NCBI GenBank assembly: GCA_016748015.1
Contig: JAAOMT010000448.1
Location: 121,834 to 185,833 of the forward strand
Direction of reading: 5' to 3'
From: Geosiphon pyriformis uo1
Taxonomy: Eukaryota; Fungi; Glomeromycota
Length of the DNA stretch: 64,000 nucleotides
Under the pieces are notes generated by a model. The model did not search any database. It was not told where the DNA came from and was given only the letters and a program-made list of their open reading frames with translations. The translations under genes were made by a program, and so were the position numbers. Positions 1 to 11,570 of this stretch are shown in pieces; within the stretch, counting starts at the first letter, position 1, and each line of letters starts with the position of its first letter.

Positions 1-1612
1 TGTAAAATTTCTGAGGTGCCTAGTTGGCTTCTTTCTATCAAGTTGCTTTTCAAAAATAAGCTGTCGATATCAATTTTGGAACTTTATGCTAGTGCTTCTC
101 TGGCTGTCCATTTTGCTCAAGCAGGTGAAATCAACTCTTTGATTGCAAAGGCTGTAAATAAGTTCTTTTTTGTCATCTTGAGTGGTAATTTCAATGAAAA
201 TGAATCTCACAAATGCGCTAGTTTCAAGAAATGCTCTGATTTTGGTCTGGTTAATTCTTTAAGTGGGAGTTTATTCGTGAGAGTATCAACATGGAGCAAT
301 TCTTAGGGTGTTTCAAAAATGATTGATTACATGTTTATTTCTTCAAGTTTGGCCAATACAGTTGTACATCATGGTGTTTTAGATGTTAGTGAATATTTTG
401 ACACTGATCATTAAGCTGTTTCTGTGTCTATGAGTTTGGGTGGCTTGTTAGATATGCAGTTAAATTTTCTTCACAAGCAAGCGAATAAAAATTGTTGGAA
501 GTTCAATTTTAAGAGTATTGATGTTGCTATGTGGACCAGATTTAAGGATGTTTCAGCAGCTAATGCCACCATGTTTTCTGATAATTTTATTGCTTCCGAG
601 TAATTCTCAGATTTGGATGTGATGTGAAATACTGTTTGCAAGTCTGTTACATTATTAGCTAATGAAATATTCAAAAAGAAATGGTTTAAGGACTCTGGTC
701 ACATCTTTACCAAAGAATTTTCAAAGTTTTATAGATTAAAACTTTTGGTTTCAAAGATTGTTAGAACTTTTTAGGGAGCTGATGTTGACAATTTTGTTTC
801 TTTTATAAAGTGTTGGTGTTTTTTGAACAGTGCTAAGGCTTTGGTCATTCAAGATTTAGTAGACTTTGGTGCAACTTTTAATCATGTTTATTCAGCTCTC
901 TGTATTATTAGGAAATCTTATCGTGCACTGAAATATGCAGAATCTCTAAGAACCAAGAAAGCAAACATCAGGTCTACCATAGATAAAAGAATGGAGAGCT
1001 TTGAAACAAATAAGGATCATACTATCAAAAGTGTATTAGAGCGTTCATTTCGCAAGATAGTGCTTAACCATTTGGTTGTCAATGATAAGCTGGTTCTAGA
1101 GCCTGGTTTGATTAAGTCTAAAGTGGACGCAATTATGGAGGGTTGGACTTGGAAACGTCGAACAGTCCCTGATGTTTCTAGTAAGTAGTGTTGTTAGTAT
1201 TAGCCTTTGAAATATGTTTTTGATGAAGCTTTTTCTGGTGTGATGTGTTTAATTGGATTTGATGAATTTTTTAGAATGGTGTCTAATCTGCCTGATGGCA
1301 AAGCTGCCGGTCTCTTGGGTATCTCAAATGAACTTTGGAAGCATTGCAATAAATCTGTTCTGAACATGTTCTTAGTATTTTTGAATTCATGTTTGGTTAG
1401 TGAATTTGTGCCCAGTTCTTGGAAAGAGGCTTGGGTTTCAATGATTCCCAAACCTTATGAGTAGAAGAGTGTTCTGACAAATACTTGCCCCATTGCTTTG
1501 ATTAAGACAGCTTGCAAGGTTCTTTCCAAGATTTTCTCTGATAGGATCTCCTCAGCTTGTAGTACTTTTGATGTTCTTCATGGTGATAATTTTTCTGTCT
1601 TAAAGAGCATGA

Positions 1613-2591
1613 TATTACTGAAGGTTTTTGGTCTCTTTTTTTGAATGTTATTGATGCCTGTTTGCTGTGAATTCACGTTTTCTGGATGTGGTTGAACCTC
1701 CAGTAACTGAATTTCTCTTCAAATTATCTCCTATAATTTGAATTGCTGGGCTTATAAGTAAAATGGCCAATTCTGTACCAGTTACTTTATGTAGTTACAT
1801 TGTAGTAAACGTCAACTTTTTTCCAGAATTTGCTCGTCTGAAAGCTCACTAAAAATGTGTAATTACTTTGCTGTGAAAGTCAACTCTTTTACAGAAATCT
1901 TGTCTGTAGGCTACCCTAATGATTATAGTAAGAAAAATAAAAAAAAAATAAAAAAAATGTAAAAAAAATAGAATTCTGTCAAGGGAAATGTTTTTAATCC
2001 AGGCCTGAAGTCACTAACAGTTTATTAAAATTGGTAGCTAATCAATTTCAAAACGTTAGTTGGGTTTTGAGAATTTTTCAAGTGCAATAATTAAAGAATT
2101 TGGTTTTTCAAATTATTTAATATTTATTTTTTTTTGTGGGTGTAGGAATGGTTCTAAGTAATAAATCTAAAGTAAGATACATTTTTTCAAAGAAAAAAGC
2201 TCTTCTTTTATACAACTTGTTATAACACTATTTTATGAACTTGAACTTTGCTATTTTCTATAATTTTGCTGAACTAAAGATACATTTTGGCGAACTATAA
2301 GTTATTTCTGCAAACTATTAGATATTTTGGTGAACTATCAATTATTTTGGCAAATTTCTACAAATTTTGGCAAACTTTTGAATGTTACATAGTTCAGAGT
2401 ATTGCATGATTGATCATCACAATTAGGTTATATTTGTGTTGTGTACAAATTGGATTATTAATTAAATGATAATTTTGGACATTTTGCTAATGTAATAAGT
2501 AATAATTTGAAATGATAATATATGTTAATTAATGATAGGAATTATAAGATAATTTCATGCTAAATAATATCTCTAATTTCGTCTGGTAACA
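1613..2591 (-). repeat. 3' LTR of element 1613-6429 (~979 bp)
   Basis: Aligns end to end with 5448-6429. Confidence 0.93.
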
Positions 2592-3279
2592 TAACCTCCT
2601 TCTTAAAACTGAGCTCTGCTGAAATCCAAGTACTGTCTGTAATTTCCAAATAGTAATCCAAAATTATTGAAGAAATTTGGTCTGAAAATTGTTGAAATTT
2701 CAGTTCTGTGAACTTTTCAATGTATTGAATCTTCAAAAGTCGTAAAATTGGGTTTTGTAGGACATTTTTACAGGTGTAGAATAGGTCATAAAGTCTAAAA
2801 GCAGCTCTGAGCTTGTAGCAACTGTTTGTTGGTCCAGCTGTTGTCTTGAATTTGTTGTGGAGTTGTTTCTGAATAGCTTTTTTTGTGAGGTTTGCTGTTG
2901 TAAGTTCCAGTTTCCATTCATAGAGTGTTTTTCCAATGTGGAAATATTTATAGATTGGAGAATATTCAGTGTTTTCCTCATTGAGACACAGTTGAAGTCT
3001 TTGTTGAATTGTAGCATTTGGTGGAATATTAATTGGAGTAAACATTAGGTTTTCTCTTAAAGCAAGCTTTAAAAGTTCTGACAGGTGAATTCCAGAATAA
3101 CTTCTTGTGTTCTTCTTATATGAGTGATATTTTTGTGAATTTAGGGCTAAATTTGTAACTACTTCTGTTTGGGTATAATTAATGTGGTTTTCAGTAACAG
3201 TAATAGATAATTCGGGTATTGTTTTTAAAGCTAACATTAGTTTTTGGAATAATTGTTGAATGTTTTGAGGAATAGTCAT
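2560..3279 (-). CDS. Extra ORF (ORF3, 239 aa) downstream of the integrase tail, running through the PPT into the 3' LTR; function unknown
   Basis: ATG-initiated, uninterrupted ORF in the env-equivalent position; no obvious signal peptide or TM segment. Confidence 0.7.
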   Translation of the reverse strand: MTIPQNIQQLFQKLMLALKTIPELSITVTENHINYTQTEVVTNLALNSQKYHSYKKNTRSYSGIHLSELLKLALRENLMFTPINIPPNATIQQRLQLCLNEENTEYSPIYKYFHIGKTLYEWKLELTTANLTKKAIQKQLHNKFKTTAGPTNSCYKLRAAFRLYDLFYTCKNVLQNPILRLLKIQYIEKFTELKFQQFSDQISSIILDYYLEITDSTWISAELSFKKEVMLPDEIRDII

Positions 3280-3390
3280 TATAAGAGATTTGAAATAAAA
3301 GAAAATTATTTTTGGTGTATGGGTTTTTATGTTATTTTTGTTTTGATTGTTTCTAAATTATAAAAAGATAACTATAATAATAAATTTAAT

Positions 3391-3785
3391 TTAAGTGTTC
3401 AAGTTGGGAGATTGTTCAATGACAATTATTGGTTCTAAATTTCGGAGAATATCTTCAGGATTGATTAAAGGAAAATGTGTACCAATTTGTGGAATTAATG
3501 GTTCAGGATTGTTTCTGAAATTATAGTATTTCAAATGATCTCCATGTGCAACTTTTGCTAAGATTTTGTCATTAAGTCTTAGCTTGTATGATCCATTGCC
3601 TAGGACTTCATGGATAAAGAATGGTCCATCCCATTTACTTTCAAATTTTCCACTCCATTGTTTTTCAGCTTTAGTTCTGTGTAAGAGAACTTTGTTTCCG
3701 ATTTTAAATTCATTGGTGACTGGAAGCAATTTGTCATCATGTCGTTCTTTTTGTCGAGCTTAAGAGTGTTCAATATGGGTGGCTG
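3391..3785 (-). pseudogene. Integrase C-terminal (GPY/F, SH3-like) remnant
   Basis: FKIGNKVLL...KFESKWDGPFFIHEVLGNGSYKL motif, fused directly to the gag tail near 3780. Confidence 0.85.
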
Positions 3786-5402
3786 TGGGGCAGGCTGATA
3801 ATAGTTACTTTGGTATTGGAGTCTTGGTGGATAGTAAGCTGGTAGTGGTGGTTGATAATGAGATTGCTGTGGTGGAAAGTAATATTGATTACTCTTATTT
3901 TGTTGGTCTTGTTGTAGCTTTCTGCAATCTCTTTTTCAGTGGTCAAAGATTCCACAGTAATGGCAATTCTGAGGCTGGTTATTAGAAAGTGGTGCAAAGT
4001 TATTTTAATTTCGTCTTTGGGGTGGTTGATATCTTTGGGGTTGCTGTTGTTGTTAATTGGTGAAATAGTTTTCAACCTTCTTTGTGAGTTGGTCAATTTT
4101 TTCCTCAGCTGCTGAGCTGGTTTCTCCAATTGCCAAATTTACAAGTTTTGTGCGATTAGCCTCTTCTATGGCCATTTCATATCTTTTCGCATGCTGTATG
4201 GCAGAGTTTAAATCTTCTGGGGCATGTAGACGAATCTTTTTAATTAGTTTATCTTTTAGACCAGTGATAAATTGATCCAAGATTTGAGCATCGGAATAAT
4301 AATTATTTGTCTCGAGTTGGCGAATTTGTCTGAGAAGTTTGTTGAATTTTCCAATATAAGTCATAACAGATTTGGAGGGTTTTTGTTTGATATTTCGAAA
4401 ACAATTTAGAAAGGTGATAGAGATATTATTGTTGGTGAACTGTTCAAGGAAGGCTGCTTTGAAAGCGTCCCAATCATTGAATGGAGCAGCCAAGTTTTCA
4501 AACCATTCTCATGCTGTTCTTTTGAGAAAGTAGGGAATTGTTCTTAACATTCTGGCAGCATTCCATTCATTTGCATCTCCAGCTTTAGTAACTTGGTCGA
4601 GCCATTCTTGGGGACTGGTCTCAATGTCTTCTCCATTAAATTCAGGGATTTTTGCAATGTATGTTGTCATTTTATTTTCTTCATTTTCACTGACTATTGA
4701 TTCTTCTTCAGATATTTCAGGGTCATTTTCTTTGTTCACTGCTGTCTCAGAGTGTTCACTTTGATTTTTAGCTAGAAAGTCAAGGAGATTAGAACTAATT
4801 TGAAGGGGTTCTTATTGTCTGATGGGACTTCTCAGTGATATAAAATCTTCTGGTCTTACAAATTGATTCAAGGATGAATTAGGTGTTTGTGCTTGTGCAA
4901 GTGAAGCTGGAAAAAGTGTGATAGTAAGTGGAAGTTTTGAACTGGTTCCTTGTTCAGGTGTTTGTAAATGTTTGGCAGTTGTTTTTGGTAGTATTGGAGT
5001 ATTTGGGGTGGTTTTTGAGTATTGCTTCAATTTGTTTTTGTCTTTGTTGCTTGTTTCTGTTTCCGATTCAAAATCAATAGAATATTGAGACTGCACTGGA
5101 TATGTTTCTTCACAGTATTTGATAATGTTAAAATTAAGTTTGTGAAAGTAAGTGGCAAGTGTTTCACTGTTAAAGTTTTCAGTTTCCAACTGTGAATAGT
5201 GTGCTAAATTATTGTAAAGGTTGCTTCTAACTTCTGAGATATTGTAATTTCCAAAAAGATAATTGTTGATGCAGTTTTCAATGTATTGGTATACTGATTT
5301 CTTGACAACTTCAATTCCGTCTGGAATGTTGAATCTTTGCTTGCAGTGGGTGTAAATTGACTGGTAATACTCTACAGTTGTTGCATCTGGTGTGGTTGCC
5401 AC
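3786..5402 (-). pseudogene. gag remnant with long N-terminal extension and CCHC knuckle
   Basis: ORFs 4812-5402, 4509-4739 and 4053-4493 share one frame; IPEFNGED..PQEWL, QFITGLK, CHYCGIFDH*KRDC (~3922-3966). Confidence 0.88.
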
Positions 5403-5429
5403 TTTGAATTTGTTGTTACTGTGTTATTT

Positions 5430-5445
5430 CCGTGGGAGAGCACCA
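5430..5445 (-). promoter_or_regulatory. Primer-binding site (TGGTGCTCTCCCACGG)
   Basis: Starts with TGG 2 nt inside the 5' LTR boundary; complementary to a tRNA 3' end ...GAGCACCA. Confidence 0.75.
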
Positions 5446-5447
5446 AA

Positions 5448-6429
5448 TGTTACCAGAGGTTTTTGGTCTCTTTTCTTAAATGTTGTTGATGCCTGTTTGC
5501 TGTGAATTCACGTTTTCTGGATGTGGTTGAATCTCCAGTAACTGAATTTCTCTTCAAATTATCTCTTATAATTTGAACTGCTGGGCTTATAAGTGGAATG
5601 ACCAATTCCATGCCAGTTACTTTATGTAGTTATGTTGTTGTAAATGTCAACTCTTTTCCAGGAATTGCTTGTCTGAAAGCTCACTAAAAATGTGTAGTTA
5701 CTTTGCTGTGAAAGTCAACTCTTTTACAGAAATCTTGTCTGTAGGCTACCCTAATGATTATAGTAAGAAAAATAAAAGAAAAATAAAAGAAATATAAAAG
5801 AAATATGATTTTATCAAGGAAAACGTTTTTCTATTCAGGCCTGGAGTCACTAACAGTTTACTGAAATTGGTAGCTAATCAATTTCAAAATGTTAGTTGGG
5901 TTTTAAGAATTTTCCAAGTGCAATAATTAAAGAATTTGGTTTTTCAAATTATTTAATATTTATTTCTTTTTGTGGATGTAGGAATGGTTCTAAGTAATAA
6001 ATCTAAAGTAAGATACATTTTCTCGAAGAGAAAAGCTCTTCTTTTATACAACTTGTTGTAACACTATTTTATGAACTTGAACTTTGTTATTTTCTACAAT
6101 TTTGCTGAACTAAAAATACATTTTGGTGAACTACAAGTTATTTCTGTGAACTATTAGATATTTCGGTGAACTATCAATTATTTCGGCAAATTTCTATAAA
6201 TTTTGGCGAACTTTTGAATGTTACATAGTTCGGGGTATTGTATGATTGATCATCGCAATTAGATTACATTTGTGTTGTGTACAATTTGGGTTATTAATTA
6301 AATGATAATTTCGGACATTCTTTGCCAATGTAATAAGTGATAATTTGAAACAATAATATATGCTAATTAATGATAGAAATTATAAGATAATTTCATGCTA
6401 AATAATATCTCTAATTTTGTCTGGTAACA
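5448..6429 (-). repeat. 5' LTR of element 1613-6429 (~982 bp)
   Basis: TGTTACCAGA...TCTGGTAACA, a 10-bp terminal inverted repeat. Confidence 0.93.
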
Positions 6430-9160
6430 ACAACAACTCAATCTCCAATTTTTGCAATTGGATCAGTTATTGAAGATGCTTTAGAGAAAAACCAGGAGCT
6501 CTGGCTAGTTTTACAAGACATGCAGAAAGCATATGATTTGGTGGACTGGGAACATCTTGAGAAAAGTTTAGTCAGAATTAAGATGTGTGACAGATTCATT
6601 AGATTTTTTGGTAGTATTTATAGAGATCATACCAACCAAGTTATGATGGACTTTGGTTTGATAGATGGTTATAGTATACATAATAGACTGGACCAAGAAG
6701 AGGTTTTTTTTCCTCTTTTGTGGCATATATTTTATGACCTCTTGTTGTGTGAAGTCAAACATCAGAAAAATGTGTGTGGATACAGAATTAATTCTCACTT
6801 TATTTCCAGAAGTGGTCATGCTGATTCTCGGGCTGAATTTTTTTCCTTTTTTGCTGTTGGCGCCTTTGTTGATGATACAATTTAAGTTGGCAGCAGTCAG
6901 AATGCTATTCAACACATTCTTAATGTTGCTAGTGAATTTTTCCAAATTAATGACATTTTGATCAATAATGACAAAACTGTGGCCATTTTTATCAATAGCA
7001 AAGTCAGCCACCCATCTCTTTTTATTAGTGATTCACCCATTTCTGTAGCCTATAAAGGAGAATCTTATCAGTATCTTGGTATCTTTCTGTCAACTGAGAG
7101 TCTTTCTAAGTCTAGCTTGACTAAAGCACATTCGGACATTTGCTTCTTCACTAATTTGGTCCTGAAAAAGGCTGTGTCAGATAAGCAGTTCTTGTATCTG
7201 GTTTTGGCAGTTTTCCATCCTATAGTTGGCTACAGAACACAGTTTAGCTTTGTTTCTATTAGTGTTTGCAACAAGTGAGATGCTTTAATTCACAAGGGCT
7301 TAAAGCTGAAATCTGGTCTCCTGCTTGATTTCTCTGGTGATACAATTTATCATCTTTCCTTTTATGGTTTGAAGTCTTTTTCACAATGTCAGTCTGAGAG
7401 TAAGATTGCTTCACTTATCAGTTTTGCGAACTCTGATAAGATTCTAGGTTTTTTGTTCAGCCACAGGTCTCATGACTTATAAGTTCTATGTTGGTGCTCC
7501 CTCTATCTGTTGAGTTTTTCTGCTCATATTCATGTCATTGCTTCCAATAATTTTTTGTCAGGTATGGTTTGCATTCTTTGTGACTGCAATTTGTTTTTGG
7601 GTGGCTCTTTGGCCAGCTTTTTTTGACTTCATAATAAGATGTCTATGTCTATCATTCTGGATGAATCTTTGTTTTTCAAGTTTTTGTCTTTTCTCTGGCA
7701 TTATGGCATTGCTTTTGTGGATTAGCTTCATGATTGTCTTGGTGATGTCTTTAACTGATGCACTTTTAAGCAATGGAAGAAACTGGACCCTCATGAGCCA
7801 GTTTCTGATTGGTTCAAGCTCTCTGTTGCATTTTTTATTGGTTCACCCCCCTCTTCTCTAGCTTCAGATAGTGTTGGCCCTCTGAATATTTGTGGATCCA
7901 GTGATTTTGTGTCTGTCTGTAATTGTTTTTCTCAGGTTGGCTCTGATAGTCTGTCTGTTTATACGGATGGTTCTCTCAAGGATTTGGACATAATTGGTTG
8001 TTGGGCTGGTACTGCTGCCTTTTTTGAGGACATTAATTTGGGTTTAGGTGTCAGTGTTTACAGTTTGGTATCATCTACTTTGGCAGAGTTGCAGGCTATT
8101 GTCTTGGCTTTGGAATATATACCCATGTTTTGCTCTGTTTGCTTGTTTTCAGATAGTCAAGCTGCTTTGGATGCTTGTAAATTAGAACTAAATCTGATAC
8201 ATCCTGACTTTCGCAATTAGTGTTGGGTCAAGTGTCAGCATATCAGTAATATTATTCACAGCAAGAACTTAGAGGTCACCTGGTGCAAGGTCAAGAGCCA
8301 CTTTGGCACTTTGGGAAATGACTGTGCCAACAGTCTTGCTGACACTGCTTTTCTCTCTGGGTGGTTTTTTTCTCCTCACATTAATAAACATTTTTTGGTG
8401 GCTGATGGTGGTACAGTTTCTGGTAATTCTAAGCACTTTGTTCAAAATGTGTTTTGTGCTGTCTGTCATATGCGTTAGGAGGTTGGTTCTGGTTCTGGTT
8501 TTCTGGTGGGTGGTTTGCTTTCAGATGTCAATTGGCTCAGCTCTTTCCAGATATGACACCCTAATTTACATATGGCTGCAGGTTTTATCAGCAGGTGCAC
8601 TGCTAATACTCATATCTATATTATGAAGGCTTTGTACTATTGGCTTTCCATAGCTGTTCAAAAACGTCTCTATAACAAATATTATCCCAGTGTTCTATGC
8701 TTGTATTGTGGGGAGGTAGAGATGTCTGATTATGTGTTTTCTTGCACAATCAATATTTTTGCTTGTCACAAGATTTTGGAGTTCTGTACATCCTCTTAGA
8801 AGAGACTTTTTGGTCATTCTCTTTCTCTTTTGAGTGTTTTGCAGCTATTGTCAGCCTGTGTTTCAGATTTTTCAGTGTTCTCAACTTTTTTCAAGGGTTT
8901 TGTTTTCAATGGATGGTTTTCGGAGGCTGTTTCTGTCTTCCATAATCTCAAAGTTGCTAGGATTAAAGTTGCTAAGTTTGTGCACTCTTTTTGTCTTGCT
9001 TTCAGAGATGATATTTGGTTGGTTTATGCTAAGCATTACATCTTTATGGAAAAACATGGGCTGATCCCAATAAATGATTTAGCTCCTGTTGTTACTCATA
9101 AAAAGAAAACAGATATAGGAAAATAGTAGACCAATAAGTAAATAGTATTTAGCATGTGAA

Positions 9161-9342
9161 CATATTGTTTAGCAATATAGAACAATGTCAGAAAACACAG
9201 CACATTGCTCAGCAATGTAGAGCAATGTCAGAAAACATGGCACATTGCTCAGCAATGTGAAGTGATGTTAGAAAATTAGGGCACATTGCTCAGCAATGTG
9301 AGCATTGTTCAAGAAATCATAGCACATTGCTCAAGAATGTGA
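9161..9342. repeat. ~40-bp tandem units with palindrome CACATTGCTnAGCAATGTG in LTR U3
   Basis: Copies at ~9161, 9201, 9241 and 9282; only two copies in the 3' LTR (~11788, 11827). Confidence 0.85.
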
Positions 9343-10159
9343 GCAATCTCATATAACATAAATTATATATATATAGTAAGAGTGTTAAAAGCAGAAAAAG
9401 CAATTCCTGGAGAATTCAATAAAGTTTTATTAATTTAAAACAATTCCTTTTCTTCTCTATTTATTAACTCTCATTTCAAGAATAGTTGCTATCAACCAAA
9501 ATAGAATTATATAAATAAAATATTTCTTCAATTCTTCAAATCCATGTTATTATCCATTATGTAACCTGTTGACACAATAGTTCTTGATCATGGCTATTAA
9601 CAGAATACTTATTTCTTATTTTATTTTCTTATTTCTTTATTTTCTTTTATTTTCTTTATTTTATTTTATTTTCTTTTGTTGTTTACTAAATTGATTAAAA
9701 GAATTAAGTGCTGAGTTATTGACATCATGGATAGCCTGGTAAAAGACCTAAAAATAAGTATAAAATTATATATATATTAACAAATAGCTTACCAGAAGGG
9801 CACAACTGTCAGAATAAATCCAGCCACCAAGCTGAAAAAGAAATTAAAAACAACCTGTAAGGAAACTGCGAATAACATCAACAAAAAATCTCTGTCCATT
9901 ATACAAAAAACTCAACTCTAAAACCTTCAGATACAACCAATATACCAATATCACCAGCATTATCAAGATATTGAGCACCAAGTAACGGATTTGTTATTTG
10001 ATTTAAGATCCCAAATAATCATCAGTAATATTTGGTGCTTTCTGTAAAGTATAATCTAACAGAGAACTAGTACCAACAACAACCATGCAAGAAAGTGGCA
10101 GACCAAGAGAAAACAAGAGAAAATCACTTAGGATTTGTGAAATCCTTATTTTACTATTA

Positions 10160-11000
10160 TCTTTGAAAACCTCATTAAATTAAAACTTCAATTATTCAAG
10201 ACCTAATTGTTAAAACTCTGACCATTTGAAACATACCATTGATAAATTCATTAAAACTCATTAAATTAAAACTCTGATTATTCAAGATCCAATTGTTAAA
10301 ACCCTGAATATTCAAAAATTACCATTGATAAACTTGTTAAAACTTATTAAAACTCCAATTATTTAAAACCTGATCATTAAAACCTTGAACATTTGAAACT
10401 CACCTTTGGTAAAAAAAAATTGTTAAATTCAAACACTGATTATTCAAGACCCAATTGTTAAAACTCCGAATATTTGAAAATTACCATTAATAAATTCATT
10501 AAAAACTTGTTAAATTAAAACTCCGTTTATTCAAAATTCAATTGTTAAAACCCCAAACATTCAAAACTTACCTTTGATAAATTCATTAAAAACTCATTAA
10601 ATTAAAACTCCGATTATTTAAAACCCAATTGTTAAAACTCTAAACATTCGAAAATTACCATTGATAAATTTGTTAAAAACTTGTTAAATTAAAACTCCAA
10701 TTATTCAAGACCTGATCATTAAAATCCCAAACATTCAAAAATTACCATTGATAAATTTGTTAAAAAAACTCGTTAAATTAAAACTTCAATTATTCAAGAC
10801 CCGATTGTTAAAATCTTGAACATTTGAAAATTACTGTTGATAAATTTGTTAAAACTTGTTAAATTAAAACTCCGTTTATTCAAAACCCAATTATTAAAAC
10901 CCCAAACATTCGAAACTTATCTTTGATAAACTCATTAAAACTCATTAAAACTCCGATTATTAAAAACCTGATCATTCAAAAACCCAAACATTTAAAACCT
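10160..11000 (+). repeat. ~87-bp tandem repeat (~10 copies) inside the non-autonomous LTR element
   Basis: CCATTGATAA-like anchor recurs at ~10236, 10322, 10402, 10484, 10571, 10658, 10745, 10834 and 10920. Confidence 0.85.
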
Positions 11001-11439
11001 GATAATCCCAATCCTGCTATCATACAAAGAAACTTACTATCAATAAAACTCATTAAACCTCTAGCAAACTCCAGGAATTATCCAAAAACCCGAACATTCA
11101 AAGTCTAATAAATTCCAAACTCCACTATCATACAAGAAAACTTACCTTTGATAGCCCAATAAAACCTAATTCCCCCAGTACCAATAAATTAGCAAAACTC
11201 ATCTGACAGTTCTGAGTCAGAATATTGAGACATAGTCACAATCCACTTCTATGTGTCATATATTCGAAAAAGAGCCAATCAGTGAGAACAAATGAGAATT
11301 GGAATCGGAACTTAATCCCAATTTAAATTCTGCTAATGACAGCAACAATTCAAATTCCACTAATAACAACAACAATTCAAACTCTGCTAATGACAAATGA
11401 CAATTTAAACTTTGCCAACAACAAATTCAAACTCTGCTT

Positions 11440-11570
11440 CAAATACCGAACGATATATTATGCTTCTAGATCTTACAATAGAGCAGGAATTAACTCAATT
11501 CAGTGATAATAATGAGGGCATTATGTCTGAACATACACATAATATAGATGCAAGATTTGAACGTGGATAT
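11440..11570 (+). pseudogene. Possible dUTPase N-terminal remnant
   Basis: FSDNNEGIMSEHTHNIDARFE resembles dUTPase motif 1 (P.RAH..DAGFDL) after C>T/G>A erosion. Confidence 0.5.

Larger units (their letters stand above)
1613..6429 (-). mobile_element. Ty3/gypsy-type LTR retrotransposon, internally deleted (no PR/RT/RH/INT core), nested in LINE A
   Basis: Direct repeats 1613-2591 and 5448-6429 with ends T(G/A)TTAC...TCTGGTAACA. Minus-strand PBS TGGTGCTCTCCCACGG next to the right LTR and PPT AAGAAGGAGG next to the left LTR. 4-bp TSD ATGA/ACAA. The LINE frame resumes across the insertion (K-S-T-T-T-Q-S-P). Confidence 0.93.

Noticed and set aside
5403-5760. gag frame starting inside the 5' LTR and reading through the PBS
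   Set aside because: Protein-like in places, but several stops are shared by both LTRs, so they predate insertion; not supportable
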